Source: an uncultured Eubacteriales bacterium (GTDB taxonomy: Bacteria > Bacillota > Clostridia > Oscillospirales > QAKW01). Taken from it: DNA of 64,000 nt. Where the stretch lies: contig CAYRYQ010000002.1 in assembly GCA_964428505.1 (NCBI GenBank), positions 454-64,453 on the forward strand, given 5' to 3'. Of the stretch, positions 8,115-18,626 are shown piece by piece. Both the position numbers and the translations under genes were made by a program. The notes below the pieces were generated by a model. It searched no databases. It was not told the origin of the DNA and saw only the letters and a program-made list of their open reading frames with translations. The number at the start of each line of letters is the position of its first letter. The stretch's first letter is position 1.

Positions 8115-11100
8115 CTATAAATAAATCTCTTTTTCCAAAAAAAAGCTGTAAAGAATCCGCTCTTTTACCCGCAGCTTTTTAACCCGCCGCAGTGCCTCCG
8201 TGTAAAGATCCATCTGGACCCGATAGCGGGCAATCAATTCTTCTTCGGTTTGCACCCGGTCGGTTTTATAATCCAGAATCACCGCCTCCTCCCCCGTTAC
8301 CGCATAGCAATCCAAAACCCCCTGAATCAGCACCTCGCCCTCCGCGTCCGGGCCGAAAAGGCGCGCAGCCGGCATGGGAAACAAAAAACGCTCTTCTTTT
8401 TTATAATAGTCCGCATCGAATAAGCGCCGGAAACAATCGCTGGCGGTAAACCGCCGAAGCTGATCCGGCAGGATCAGCACACGCTGCGCTTCCAAAAGAA
8501 ATCCCTCTTCCACCAAACGGGTCAGTTCCCGCTCCGGATCCTGCAGCAGCCCGGAAAAATCGCAGAATTGCAGTGCCTGATGCATGGCATTCCCCACCTC
8601 ATTGCCCCGGGCGCGAAAATGCGACGCAAAGCGCGGCTTCGGCAGCACCGGCTGCTCCGCAAGCAGCGGCTGCGCCTCGGGGTCCGCTTCCCGCAAGCCC
8701 TTCAGCTCCGAAACAGAAAGCTTGGCCGGCAGCCGTACCGCCGAAAGATGCGGATAGCGCCATTCCAGCCGCTCTTGCAGCGCGCGCCGATCCGGCTTTG
8801 CCTCTTCGGCCGCTTTGCTTTCCACCCGGGGCGGCAAAGCGCTCAGCGCACCCTGCACAAAACAGGCCCGCAAAGCCCCGCTGCCCTCTGCCGGGAACCC
8901 AAGCTGCTCCCGCAGGAGTGCGCCCTCCGGAGCGCCCGCCAGCAAGGTAAACAACCATCGGCCAAAGCTGGCATCCCGGCGCAAAAGCGCCCATGTGGGA
9001 AACGGACGGGGCAGATACGCCCCTTCCTGCACCCAGCGTTCCATCTTTTTCGTTTCCGCCGCGGCCACAACGATCAGCCTGCTTTGCGCCCGGGTCAACG
9101 CCACGTAAAGCACCCGCTCCTCCTCGCTGACGCTGTCTTGCGCCATCTGCGCCGCCAACACCGATTGAGACAAAGAACGGCGGCAAAAATACAGTTCCGG
9201 CTCCCGGTGCTCCAGCGCCGCGCCATAGCGGGGATGCAGCAGCAATGTTCCCTGACTGTCCCGCCAATTCAGACTTTTCTGGGCATCTGCCAAAATACAG
9301 ACCGGAAATTCCAGCCCTTTGGATTTATGGACCGACAGGATCTGCACGCTGTTTTCTTCCGCTGAAAGCCTTGCGCCATTCTTTGACGCTCCGGCCTTAC
9401 TGATCCGCACATACTGCACAAACGCGTAAAGCCCCCGGTATCCGTCCACTTCAAACTGCCTGGCTTCCTCTGCCAAAAGCTCTAAGTTCGCGCTTTTTTC
9501 TGCCCCTCCGGGCATCTTGGCATAATAAGCAAAAATGCCGCATTCCTGATAAATCCGGTCTAAAAGGTCATACACATAGACCGCCCCCGCCAAGCTGCGG
9601 TAGCGCTCGATCGTCTGATAGGCATAGCGGGCGCGTTCCTTTTCTTCGGCAGCCGCCTTCAGGCAGTCATACAAAGCCTGCCCGGGATGCCTCAGCGCTG
9701 CCAGTTCCCCCACGGAAAAGGAAAAATAAGCGCCATACAGCAAGGTGGCCAGTGCCAGATCATCATAAGGGTTGTTGAGCACCAGCAGGTAGGAAAGAAT
9801 ATCCAGCACCTCCTTCAGCTCATAAAAGGCCACCCCCTCATTATGATTCACGACCGGCACGCCGGCTTCCGAAAACGCCCGTTCAAACAGCGCGGCGGCG
9901 CCGGAGGCCGTGCGCAGCAGCACTGCGAAATCCCGGTATTGCACCGGTCGGCGCCCCTCATCGGGGGCCAACAATTCTTCCCGGTTTTCCACTGCCTGTC
10001 GAATGCGCTGCGCGGTATACCGCGCCGTTTGCAGCGACCGGTCCATCCGGCGGCCGGTATCCGGATCCGTTTCCTCCGGCAGCCAGTGCAGCTCCGTCAC
10101 CGTGCTTTCCGGGTCTAAGAAGCGGCGGCCGGGCGTCAGCCGCTCCCGCGCGTCATAGACCACCCCGCCCAAAGACGGGCTCATGATATTTTCAAACACC
10201 TGATTCACAAAGGTCAGCACCCCGGGATGGGAGCGAAAATTAGCATTCAGCTCCAGAACGGCGGGCTGTCGCATTTCCCGGTCGGACCAGCGGCTGAAGC
10301 GCGCCCGCTTATCGGCGAAAAGCTCCGGCTCGGCACCCCGGAAACGATAAATGCTCTGCTTGATATCCCCCACCATAAACAGATTTTTTCCCTCCCGGGA
10401 AAGCGCACGGAAAATCAGATCCTGCGCCCGGTTGCTATCCTGGAATTCATCAATAATGATCTCATCATAATCCTCCCGCAGCCGCAGCGCCAGCGGGGTC
10501 GGCGTCAGGCGGTCGGCAGCGGGATCGTAGTCTTCCACCAAAAGTTTCAGTGCTTCATGCTCCATGTCCTGATACGTGATAAAGCCCTCCTTGCGGCGGC
10601 GCCTCTGCAAGCGGGTCATCAGCCCATTGCAAAGCGTAAAATAGGTGCCAAGCACCTCTCCTTCCGCTTTCAGTCGGCGAAGCTCCTCCCGCTCTGTCTG
10701 CGCACACACCGCGCAAAAGGCTTTCCAGGTTTCCTTGCAGCCCTCTCTTAAGGCCTTCAGGGCTTCCCGGGCAACCAGATCCCCGTCCTTTTCCGTCAGC
10801 TTGTTCCAATAAAGCGTCCCGAATCGCACCCCAGACAGCGCCGCAGCGAAGGCGTCATAATCCCGCCGGGCCAACACCTCGCTCAGCACCAGCAGCTGCT
10901 GATGCTCTTCTTTCAAAAAACAAAGCAATGCTGGAAATTGCCTGAGATACGCATGGTTTTTCACCCGCTGCACCAAAAAATGATATTCCGCCTGCAGCGC
11001 CTCCAGCTTGTTTTCCAGAAACCGATAAAGACCGTCTTCCAGAAAACAGGAAAACAGCGTTTCGTCGGCATGGTCATAGGGGGCAAGCGCCCGCTCTATA

Positions 11101-11666
11101 AACCGGGTGGGCATCGGCTGGTCTTCCAGAAAATTCATGCCCTCCAACAGAAGGGCTTTGAGCCCTTCATCTTCCCGGCCGGTAGAAAAATATGCCAAAA
11201 ACCGCTGAACCGCTTCCTCCTCGCTTCCGTACAGTGTTTCCAAAAACGCGTCCGCTTCCTCGCTGCTTAACGCTTCCTCCGCCGCTTCGTCCATCAGGCG
11301 GCAACGGGGATCCAGATCCAGCAGCTCAAAATGGCGGGTGATCAGATTCAGACAAATGCTGTGGATCGTGCCGATCTCCGCACTGTCGATCAGCGCGCTC
11401 TGCCGCAAAAGATGGGTGCCCCCGCGGTATTGGCCCCCCTCCTCGTCCAGCGCTTTTTTCAGCTTCTGCTTCAATTCCTCTGCCGCGGCGCGGGTATAGG
11501 TCATGATCATCAGCCGCTGCAGATCCCCGTTTTCCTGCAGCAAATACCGTTTGACCCGCTCCACCAAAACCGCGGTTTTCCCGCTGCCCGCGGCGGCGGA
11601 TACCAGCAGGGCATTTCCGCGGCTCTCAATCGCCGCTTCCTGCTGATTTGTATAGGAGATGCTCAT
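8115..11666 (-). CDS. addA: ATP-dependent helicase/nuclease subunit A (AddA)
   Basis: UvrD/Rep helicase motifs (AAAGSGKT, IIIDEFQDSN, VGDIKQSIYRFRGA) and a C-terminal RecB nuclease motif (LDYKTD). Start taken at MSISYT, whose ATG overlaps the addB TGA (ATGA). Confidence 0.9.
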   Translation of the reverse strand: MSISYTNQQEAAIESRGNALLVSAAAGSGKTAVLVERVKRYLLQENGDLQRLMIMTYTRAAAEELKQKLKKALDEEGGQYRGGTHLLRQSALIDSAEIGTIHSICLNLITRHFELLDLDPRCRLMDEAAEEALSSEEADAFLETLYGSEEEAVQRFLAYFSTGREDEGLKALLLEGMNFLEDQPMPTRFIERALAPYDHADETLFSCFLEDGLYRFLENKLEALQAEYHFLVQRVKNHAYLRQFPALLCFLKEEHQQLLVLSEVLARRDYDAFAAALSGVRFGTLYWNKLTEKDGDLVAREALKALREGCKETWKAFCAVCAQTEREELRRLKAEGEVLGTYFTLCNGLMTRLQRRRRKEGFITYQDMEHEALKLLVEDYDPAADRLTPTPLALRLREDYDEIIIDEFQDSNRAQDLIFRALSREGKNLFMVGDIKQSIYRFRGAEPELFADKRARFSRWSDREMRQPAVLELNANFRSHPGVLTFVNQVFENIMSPSLGGVVYDARERLTPGRRFLDPESTVTELHWLPEETDPDTGRRMDRSLQTARYTAQRIRQAVENREELLAPDEGRRPVQYRDFAVLLRTASGAAALFERAFSEAGVPVVNHNEGVAFYELKEVLDILSYLLVLNNPYDDLALATLLYGAYFSFSVGELAALRHPGQALYDCLKAAAEEKERARYAYQTIERYRSLAGAVYVYDLLDRIYQECGIFAYYAKMPGGAEKSANLELLAEEARQFEVDGYRGLYAFVQYVRISKAGASKNGARLSAEENSVQILSVHKSKGLEFPVCILADAQKSLNWRDSQGTLLLHPRYGAALEHREPELYFCRRSLSQSVLAAQMAQDSVSEEERVLYVALTRAQSRLIVVAAAETKKMERWVQEGAYLPRPFPTWALLRRDASFGRWLFTLLAGAPEGALLREQLGFPAEGSGALRACFVQGALSALPPRVESKAAEEAKPDRRALQERLEWRYPHLSAVRLPAKLSVSELKGLREADPEAQPLLAEQPVLPKPRFASHFRARGNEVGNAMHQALQFCDFSGLLQDPERELTRLVEEGFLLEAQRVLILPDQLRRFTASDCFRRLFDADYYKKEERFLFPMPAARLFGPDAEGEVLIQGVLDCYAVTGEEAVILDYKTDRVQTEEELIARYRVQMDLYTEALRRVKKLRVKERILYSFFLEKEIYL

Positions 11667-14600
11667 GGCTGCCCCCGCTCCTTTCTCCAGCCTTCCGGAT
11701 CCTCCGAATAAAGCCGGGCCTTCCCCTCGTTTTCCTGATAGCCGCATACCGCCATATAATCGCAGTTCCGGCAGGCATCGTGGGTTTTTCCCTTCAGCGG
11801 ATGCGGCTTGCAGTTGCCGCTGAAAATGCCGCGGGCTGTGTCCAGAATCACCGTCTCCATGTAATCCACCATCTCCTGAAGCTGCGCCGGCTCATAGGCC
11901 TTGGTCTGTTGCGACAGGCTGCCGTCATTTTTATAAGACAGCTTAAAGTAGTCCGCGCCGCCGTGCTGATCCAGCGCCTGAAGCGCCCTCTCATCGGTGG
12001 TAAAAAGACCGCCCCGCTTATAAAACGCACGCACCCGTTCCGAAAGCGCATCTTCCGTACACCGCTCCGCAAAAACCGGTAGCTTGGCTTCCAGGTAGCA
12101 GCCTGCAGCCGGTACCGGCTGCTGCCAGCGTCCGCTTTTGATCAATCCATAAAGATACAGAGGCAGCTGCACTCCCTCCCGGTTGGTCAGCCCTCTTAAA
12201 TCAAAGGATTGCGGCCCGGTCTTATAATCCGTCACCTTCAGATAGGTTCTGCCGTCCGCTTCAAAATAATCCACCCGATCCGCTACCCCGATCAGCTCCG
12301 CTTCCCGGCCATCCCCCAACGGCAGCACGGTGCCTGCCAGCGACACTTCCTCTCCAAACGGAAGATACCGCCCTGCCGACAGTTCTCCCACCACATTTTC
12401 CGCCACGTGGCAGAAAAGACGGGTCATCCGCCGGTACAAGGTCTGAAATCGATAGGTCGCCTGCATATCCCGCAGCTGATCCTCCAGATATTTCCGGGCG
12501 GTATCGGATCCGAACTGTTGTATTTTATCTTTATTATACATTTTGTAATCAAGCTGATCTGCCCGGATCGCCCGCATCAGCTGCTCCAGGCCATAGTGAA
12601 CAAACGTGCCGATATTGGCTTTATCGAACGTGATGGGGGCCAAAGGTCGCAGCCCCATCGTCTTCTCCATGAAATAATGAAAGGGGCAATTCTGATACAG
12701 CCGGATCTGGCTGTAGCTCAGACGTAAATGACGCCCGAAGATCTGCCGCACCACCGCATCCGGCAGCTGCTCCTCCGGCCGCTTTTCTGGCCGGGGGTCC
12801 TCTCCGATTTCTCGGAGCATCGTCTCCTGCAGCGCCGGCGCCCAACCGATCAGCTCCCGCACGCCATCCGGAGTGAGCGCAAAATCATAAAGATTCATTT
12901 GCTCGCGGCGGATCGGCGCGATCCCGCAAAGCTGTCGGATGCGATCCACATAAACCGACGGCAGGTTGGCCGATCCGTCCATCTGAAACGCGCTGTAAGA
13001 AAAAGTCAGCTGCTTTCGCGTGGAAAACAGCGCCGCATACAGCCGGTACTGCCCCTGCACCGTGTTTTGCTGCAGCGTTGCATTGCATGGCAGCCGGTGC
13101 GCGGCGAACCATTGGCGTTCCCGATCGCTGATCAGGGAACGGTCGCCAGCCGGCATCGGCAGGATTCCCTGGTTGGCACCCACCACATATAGATCCGTGA
13201 TGGCATCTAAGCGGCTGTGGGTCACCTCCCCGATCGTCACGCTGTCCAGTGTCGGGGGCGTCAGGCTCAAGGCCGTCTCCTCTCCGCAAAGCCCGATCAG
13301 CTCTTCCATCGCGGAAAGAGACACCGGCTCCTCTCCGAAGGTCTCATATATTTCATCTAAAATATCGATCATCACCCGATAGAGCCGCAGATATTCCTCG
13401 CTCTGCCGACGGCTCTGCTGCACTTCCCATGGGGTATTCTGCGCTTTCACCTGCTGAAAATAGGCTTCCGCCTGATTCCGGATCCGCTGCTCCACCTGAA
13501 AATCCTGCAGCAGCTGATAGATCCCCGTCGCCACCCGAACCCCTGTACAGTCCCGCACCTGCACCCGAAGCCGCAGCAAAGGCCCAGAAACACGACGGCG
13601 CAGCGCATTAAGAGCGGCCAGTAACTCCACCCCTTCTTCGTCGATTTTCCCCAAGCCCTTGGGGTTCTGCGTCCAGTCTTCCTCCCGCACAAAACGCTCC
13701 CCATTGATCTGCCAGAGCACACAATAATTTTCCAGCCGGCTGATAAGATCCCGCTCTTCGCCCGCAAGGCCGGTCTTCAAAAAAAGAAGCATGTCCTCCT
13801 GCCGGAACGGACGCTCCGGGCTCACCATCCGAAGCGCTGCCTGGATGAATGCAAATAGCGGCTTGCTGAGAACATTTTTCCCCTGATCCACAAAAAGCGG
13901 CACCCCGTAGCGGGCAAATACCATTTCCGCCACATTGCCGTAGGGCTCCAGATTCCCCACGATCAGCGCAAAATCCCGATAGCGCTTTCCCTGCTCACGC
14001 ACTTTGCGCGCAATATCCACCGCCACCATCGCCAGCTCTTCCCGGATATTGCGTCCTTCCAATAAATGTACATGCGGGGAAGGGATTGGGTCGGCGCCCT
14101 GCGGCCCTTCCCGAAACAACCGCCGCTCCAGTTCCTGCAAATCCGCCTCCTGCAGCCGCCGGGAAGGCCCACACAGGGTCTCTTCCTTCACCGCGCAGCG
14201 GCATTCCTCTGCCGCCCTGTTCAGCAGCTGCTTCTCCCTAAGCACCGCGGAAAACAGCAGGCTATTCTCTGCCAGATCCTCGAGCAGTGCGATCTCCAGC
14301 AAGCCGCACTGCTCCATCATCACGCGCAGCATGGCCCGCTGCTGACCGGTAAAGCCAAAAAAACCGTCCACCAGCACCGCAGTATTCTGAAAAAAACGCC
14401 GCTCAGCCGCAAGGGACACCGCTGCATCAAGATCTGCCTGCGCAGACCGGCAGTCCTGCGATAAGGCTTGCTGGTATGCTTCGTAAAGCGTAAACAGGTC
14501 CTCATATTTTTCGATCCAGTCCTGCCTTCCCCGCTCCCGCAGCACCGGAAAGAGTTGCTCCCGGGTCAGCCCAGCCTGGGTCAGCTCCACAAACGCCTCC

Positions 14601-14950
14601 TGCAGTGCAGAGACAAAGCCCATCGTCGGGCGTACCGCCCGATAATAATGCAGCTGCCGCCGATGCTGCTGCATTATTTTTGTGATCAGTGCAATTTCCC
14701 GGGTGCGGGTCATATATTGCCCGGCAACGCCCCCAAACCGGCGAAAGATCACATTGCACATCCGCCGAAAGGAAACCACCTGTACCGGACTTTGTGCATT
14801 TTTTTGACTGATGGCGCGCTCCATCGTCATAGAGCTTTGCTCCGGCACCAGCAAAAAGACCTGGGCGTACTGCGCGGTCAGCTCTTTCGCATCCTGCATC
14901 AGCCGCGTGGTTTTGCCTGTGCCGCTGCGGCCTGTGATCCAGGTCAGCAT
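11663..14950 (-). CDS. addB: ATP-dependent helicase/nuclease subunit B (AddB)
   Basis: 1095 aa. Walker A GRSGTGKT. C-terminal nuclease (TDYKTG) flanked by Fe-S cysteines (CPFHYF ... CRNCDYMAVC). Translationally coupled to addA. Confidence 0.9.
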   Translation of the reverse strand: MLTWITGRSGTGKTTRLMQDAKELTAQYAQVFLLVPEQSSMTMERAISQKNAQSPVQVVSFRRMCNVIFRRFGGVAGQYMTRTREIALITKIMQQHRRQLHYYRAVRPTMGFVSALQEAFVELTQAGLTREQLFPVLRERGRQDWIEKYEDLFTLYEAYQQALSQDCRSAQADLDAAVSLAAERRFFQNTAVLVDGFFGFTGQQRAMLRVMMEQCGLLEIALLEDLAENSLLFSAVLREKQLLNRAAEECRCAVKEETLCGPSRRLQEADLQELERRLFREGPQGADPIPSPHVHLLEGRNIREELAMVAVDIARKVREQGKRYRDFALIVGNLEPYGNVAEMVFARYGVPLFVDQGKNVLSKPLFAFIQAALRMVSPERPFRQEDMLLFLKTGLAGEERDLISRLENYCVLWQINGERFVREEDWTQNPKGLGKIDEEGVELLAALNALRRRVSGPLLRLRVQVRDCTGVRVATGIYQLLQDFQVEQRIRNQAEAYFQQVKAQNTPWEVQQSRRQSEEYLRLYRVMIDILDEIYETFGEEPVSLSAMEELIGLCGEETALSLTPPTLDSVTIGEVTHSRLDAITDLYVVGANQGILPMPAGDRSLISDRERQWFAAHRLPCNATLQQNTVQGQYRLYAALFSTRKQLTFSYSAFQMDGSANLPSVYVDRIRQLCGIAPIRREQMNLYDFALTPDGVRELIGWAPALQETMLREIGEDPRPEKRPEEQLPDAVVRQIFGRHLRLSYSQIRLYQNCPFHYFMEKTMGLRPLAPITFDKANIGTFVHYGLEQLMRAIRADQLDYKMYNKDKIQQFGSDTARKYLEDQLRDMQATYRFQTLYRRMTRLFCHVAENVVGELSAGRYLPFGEEVSLAGTVLPLGDGREAELIGVADRVDYFEADGRTYLKVTDYKTGPQSFDLRGLTNREGVQLPLYLYGLIKSGRWQQPVPAAGCYLEAKLPVFAERCTEDALSERVRAFYKRGGLFTTDERALQALDQHGGADYFKLSYKNDGSLSQQTKAYEPAQLQEMVDYMETVILDTARGIFSGNCKPHPLKGKTHDACRNCDYMAVCGYQENEGKARLYSEDPEGWRKERGQP

Positions 14951-14980
14951 TGCGGATCCCTCCCTCGTTTGTTTTCTTTC

Positions 14981-15009
14981 ATTATAATGTTTTTTCAGGC
15001 ACTTGTAAA
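14981..15009 (-). promoter_or_regulatory. predicted sigma-A promoter of addBA
   Basis: On the minus strand, TTTACA, 17 nt, TATAAT, about 30 nt upstream of the addB start. It lies after the terminator that closes the EEP genes. Confidence 0.5.
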
Positions 15010-15065
15010 GCGCTCGTAGATTTGTCCATGTGATGTTCCATGTATTTCTGCTTTTCGACTAATAA

Positions 15066-15093
15066 TAAAAAGAGGCCAGCCGGCCTCTTTTTA
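15066..15093 (-). terminator. intrinsic terminator after the first EEP gene
   Basis: aaaaagaggcc-agcc-ggcctcttttt immediately 3' of the stop at 15094. Confidence 0.65.
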
Positions 15094-15849
15094 TTAGTCG
15101 ATATCAAATTCATAAAACATCCCGCAATGATCCGATGGATATTTGCCATCATACAGGCGATTAATGACCTCGTATTTCTTGGGATGAAGATGCTTCCCGT
15201 GATAGAAGCAAAAATCGATCAGCCATTCCACACCGCGTTTCTCGTTGCTATAGCAAGTAAGCGTCTGCTCGAGATTATCGGGTGCCACCTGTTCCCGCAG
15301 ATCCTCAAAATAACTGCGTAAAGAATGGTAACCCTTGGATCCGATGGTGAAATTAAAATCCGCGGTCACCGCCACATTGGCGTCTTCGCCCAGAGCCATC
15401 GCCCGGTGAATAATCTGCTGGCCGCTTTCACGCTGGAACCACTCGTTGAAATCGTAGTGCGTATTGAAATGGTGAAAAACCTTCCCGGTCGCCTTTTCTT
15501 TCAGGGCCACATAGCAGCACACCCGCGGCAGGCTGGTCCCCCAGCTTTTGCTGGAAACGGTCGGCGTATCGGAAAGCCAGAAGCTCTCGCTGTTCACCAG
15601 CTCAAACCGGTCTTTCCGCCAGAAAATCGGTGTTCCCTCCAGATCCCGGGGATCCCGGTACTGCAGCAGATGGTCAAACTGATCAGAAAGCACCTTGAGT
15701 TCTTCCATCCAAGGCGAGGTCACCTCCTGAAATCCGCAAATGTCCGGATCATAATCTTTGATAATATCCAGCACCCGCGGGGCACGCTCATGAATGGAAT
15801 GCCCGTTACCATCATCGCAGAAACGAAGGTTATACCCTAAAATTTTCAT
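15094..15849 (-). CDS. endonuclease/exonuclease/phosphatase (EEP) family protein, cytoplasmic
   Basis: 251 aa, no signal peptide. EEP motifs YNLR, GFQEV, FNTHYDF, TADFN, PSDHCG. Confidence 0.8.
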   Translation of the reverse strand: MKILGYNLRFCDDGNGHSIHERAPRVLDIIKDYDPDICGFQEVTSPWMEELKVLSDQFDHLLQYRDPRDLEGTPIFWRKDRFELVNSESFWLSDTPTVSSKSWGTSLPRVCCYVALKEKATGKVFHHFNTHYDFNEWFQRESGQQIIHRAMALGEDANVAVTADFNFTIGSKGYHSLRSYFEDLREQVAPDNLEQTLTCYSNEKRGVEWLIDFCFYHGKHLHPKKYEVINRLYDGKYPSDHCGMFYEFDID

Positions 15850-15861
15850 ATTGATTACTCC

Positions 15862-17355
15862 CTATTCTTTGTTTTCCAAGGTAAAGGAAACCAGAATGCC
15901 GTTGTGGTCCGAGGGCTGTATACCCTGGTATTGCTCGTCAATCACATGATAGGAAAGCGGCGCTATCCCATTTTTGCTGGCAAACACATAATCAATGATC
16001 ACGGGCCCCACCATATCGGCCCCCCAACCGTTAACGGTGGGCGTGCAGTCTGTTTTTGCCACCTCCCAGCGGAAATCGTGAAATGCTTCCCGCATGGCGC
16101 GGTAGCCGGCTCCGCCGATCAGCATATTATAATCGCCGGTACAAATAACAGGCAGATCCGCAAAGCTCTTTGCCCGCTCCTGCAGCAGCTTGGCGCTTGC
16201 CACATGCGCCTCTGCCGAAAAATCAAAGTGCGTGTTGAAATGGCAGATTTTTTTGCCGGTTGGAATATGCTCCAGTACCACCATGGAGCAAATCCGGTAA
16301 AACTGACCGCCAAACCCCTTGCTTTCCTGATCCGGCGTTTCCGACAGCCAGAAATGCTGCTCCTCTACCAAGCGAAATACCTTTCTTTTCCAAAAAATCG
16401 GCGTGGCCTCCAGATCCTTCTCCGCCCGATAGTGGCAAACAGAATCGTATCCTTCCAGCCCCTTGAGCGCTTCCATCCACAAGGGAGAAACCTCCTGAAG
16501 GGCAATGATGTCCGCGCCGTATTTCCGCAGCGTTCTGCGCATGGCTTGGCCCCGCTCCTCTGTGGGTTTGGCGACACAGACGTTAAAGGTGATTAGGCTC
16601 ACCGTTTCCCGCACTTCCACTTCGGAATAAACGCCGTAGTGATCCGAGGGGAACTTGCCGTCCACCAGCTCATCCATCCGCTTGCTTTTCAGCGGGATCA
16701 CCGTGTTTGGCGTCACAAAACAAAAGTCGATCTGCGCGTCTCTGGCTTCGGTGCTATAGCCGTGGAAGGTGGTACGCGTATCCTTCGCCGTCTCCGCGTT
16801 CACGTCCACAAAGGCCTCCTGCAGCTTTCTGTACCCGAGGTTTATGGGGCTCATATTGAAATCAGCCGTTAAGATCGCGGACTTCACGCCCATGGCCTTG
16901 ATGTGATTGATGATCAACTCCCCGCTGGCAATCTGGCAAGGATCCCCAAAACCATAATGAGTGTTGAAGAAGGTAAAGCGGACGCCGGTCTTTTTGTCCC
17001 GCAAGCTTGCCCACATGCAGATGCGATGGCAGCCCAGGCTATCCCAGCCCTTGGATTCAACATCCGGAGTGTCTGAAAGCCAGAAATAGCCCTTATCCAA
17101 ACAATCGAACCGATCTTTTTTCCACATCATCGGCGTGCTTTCCAGATTGGATTTGGCCCGATATTGGTTAAAAATCTCATACTGATCGCCGTAATCCGCG
17201 GTCAGATGCTCCATCCAGGCGGGCGTGACCTCCTGAAAGCCCACCAAATCCGCGTCGTACTGATCCATCAGCACTTTTACGCGGGGTGCCCGCTCCGCAA
17301 TGGCATTGCCGTTGGGATCATTGGCACACCGCAGATTAAAAGTCACTACCTTCAT
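15862..17355 (-). CDS. EEP family protein with two tandem EEP domains, cytoplasmic
   Basis: 497 aa, no signal peptide. The motif set occurs twice (FNLR/GFQEV/FNTHYGF/TADFN/PSDHYG and FNVC/ALQEV/FNTHFDF/TGDYN/PSDHNG). Confidence 0.8.
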   Translation of the reverse strand: MKVVTFNLRCANDPNGNAIAERAPRVKVLMDQYDADLVGFQEVTPAWMEHLTADYGDQYEIFNQYRAKSNLESTPMMWKKDRFDCLDKGYFWLSDTPDVESKGWDSLGCHRICMWASLRDKKTGVRFTFFNTHYGFGDPCQIASGELIINHIKAMGVKSAILTADFNMSPINLGYRKLQEAFVDVNAETAKDTRTTFHGYSTEARDAQIDFCFVTPNTVIPLKSKRMDELVDGKFPSDHYGVYSEVEVRETVSLITFNVCVAKPTEERGQAMRRTLRKYGADIIALQEVSPLWMEALKGLEGYDSVCHYRAEKDLEATPIFWKRKVFRLVEEQHFWLSETPDQESKGFGGQFYRICSMVVLEHIPTGKKICHFNTHFDFSAEAHVASAKLLQERAKSFADLPVICTGDYNMLIGGAGYRAMREAFHDFRWEVAKTDCTPTVNGWGADMVGPVIIDYVFASKNGIAPLSYHVIDEQYQGIQPSDHNGILVSFTLENKE

Positions 17356-17369
17356 TTCCTATGTTCCTC

Positions 17370-18491
17370 CTACAAAATTATAATTTCATTATAGATTCCA
17401 TAGTGGTCGGAGACAAATTTCCCCCCGACCTTATCGGTCATCACCTTATAATTGACCGGCTTTGCGTTTTTCGCGGTCACAAAGCAGAAGTCAATCAATT
17501 GAGTGCTTTTCCCGTAGGCCTCAAAAGTGCCTGTCTGATCTTTGGCCGTTGCCATATTCACATCGGAAAAATAACTGGTCATCGTCTGATAGCCCTTTGA
17601 AGCGCGATCCATATTAAAGTCCGCCGTGCAGATTATCGGCACATTTTCGCCCGCCGCCTGCGCTTTGGCAATCATCAGCTTGGCGCTGTTGACCTGTGCT
17701 TCATCCCCAAAATCAAAGTGGGTATTGAAATAGTAAAAGACCGATCCGGTCTGGCGCACCTCCAGCTTCACCCAGGAACAGATGCGATAGCACGTTGCCT
17801 GCCAGTCCTTGCTTTCCTGATCCGGCGTGCTGGAAAGCCAGAAATAGCCGCTGTCCAGCAACTTGAATTTTTCTCTTTTATAATAGATCGGCGTGGCCTC
17901 CTTGCTGCTGGCCGCCCGATATTTGATCACCCGGTCGTAATTCTCGCCCAGATTCATTTCCAAAGGCACATCCCATGCCGGCACCATCTCCTGAAATCCG
18001 ATCAGGTCCGGATCATACTTTTCCAGAACCTCCATCAGACGCGGCGCCCGTTCCTCAATGGAGTTCCCATCTGGATCGTCCGCGCAGCGAATATTATAAG
18101 AGACCACTTTGAGTGCGTTTTCTTTATAATAAGCAATGCCGTCCGCCGTTTTGGCCGCTGTTTTGGATCGTGTCTCCCCCGCAGTGCCCTCAACCGCTTC
18201 ATTGCCGGCGCTCTGCTTTGTTTGCTTCGACGTTTCCTGATCCGATATCGTTTTATCATTTCCGGCGGTTGCAGAAGAATTGCCGCTCTCAGCCTGTTTC
18301 TGCTGCTTTCCAGAAATGGAGGTTTCGTTGTTTTCCACCTGCGCGGGAGCGTTCTCCGCCCCATTCTGCGCGGATGCCCCGCCCTCCACATAATCGGAAA
18401 CTGCGGCACTGTCCTGATTCTTTTTTTTACACCCGGTGAAAACCGTCAGGCAGACTGCGATCAGCACAAAAACACTAAAAAGTCGCTTCAT
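17370..18491 (-). CDS. EEP family lipoprotein with low-complexity linker
   Basis: 373 aa. Lipobox LTVFTGC, then a Ser/Thr/Gln/Ala/Glu-rich linker of about 110 aa, then an EEP domain (YNIR, GFQEM, FNTHFDF, TADFN, VSDHYG). Confidence 0.8.
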   Translation of the reverse strand: MKRLFSVFVLIAVCLTVFTGCKKKNQDSAAVSDYVEGGASAQNGAENAPAQVENNETSISGKQQKQAESGNSSATAGNDKTISDQETSKQTKQSAGNEAVEGTAGETRSKTAAKTADGIAYYKENALKVVSYNIRCADDPDGNSIEERAPRLMEVLEKYDPDLIGFQEMVPAWDVPLEMNLGENYDRVIKYRAASSKEATPIYYKREKFKLLDSGYFWLSSTPDQESKDWQATCYRICSWVKLEVRQTGSVFYYFNTHFDFGDEAQVNSAKLMIAKAQAAGENVPIICTADFNMDRASKGYQTMTSYFSDVNMATAKDQTGTFEAYGKSTQLIDFCFVTAKNAKPVNYKVMTDKVGGKFVSDHYGIYNEIIIL

Positions 18492-18626
18492 ACCCCTTTT
18501 TTCCTTTCATCTTTTGCCACGTGCCTATTCTACCACACCTCCTTTTAAATTGAAAGCCTTTTATCACAAAAAGCCAAAAAGATTTGGAGCTGCCACACTT
18601 TCTTTTGTGCGACAGCTCCAAAATGA

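Noticed and set aside
8573-9267. Cluster of overlapping Ala/Pro/Arg/Gly-rich ORFs on both strands inside addA.
   Set aside because: These are alternative frames of a GC-rich stretch of addA. They have no independent signals, and the addA frame carries the helicase and nuclease motifs throughout.
11667-11747. N-terminal extension of AddA in the ORF track (MRLSGKRGEGPALFGG...).
   Set aside because: The extension lies inside the addB coding region. The internal ATG at 11666 gives the typical ATGA stop/start coupling and a normal AddA N-terminus just before the Walker A motif.
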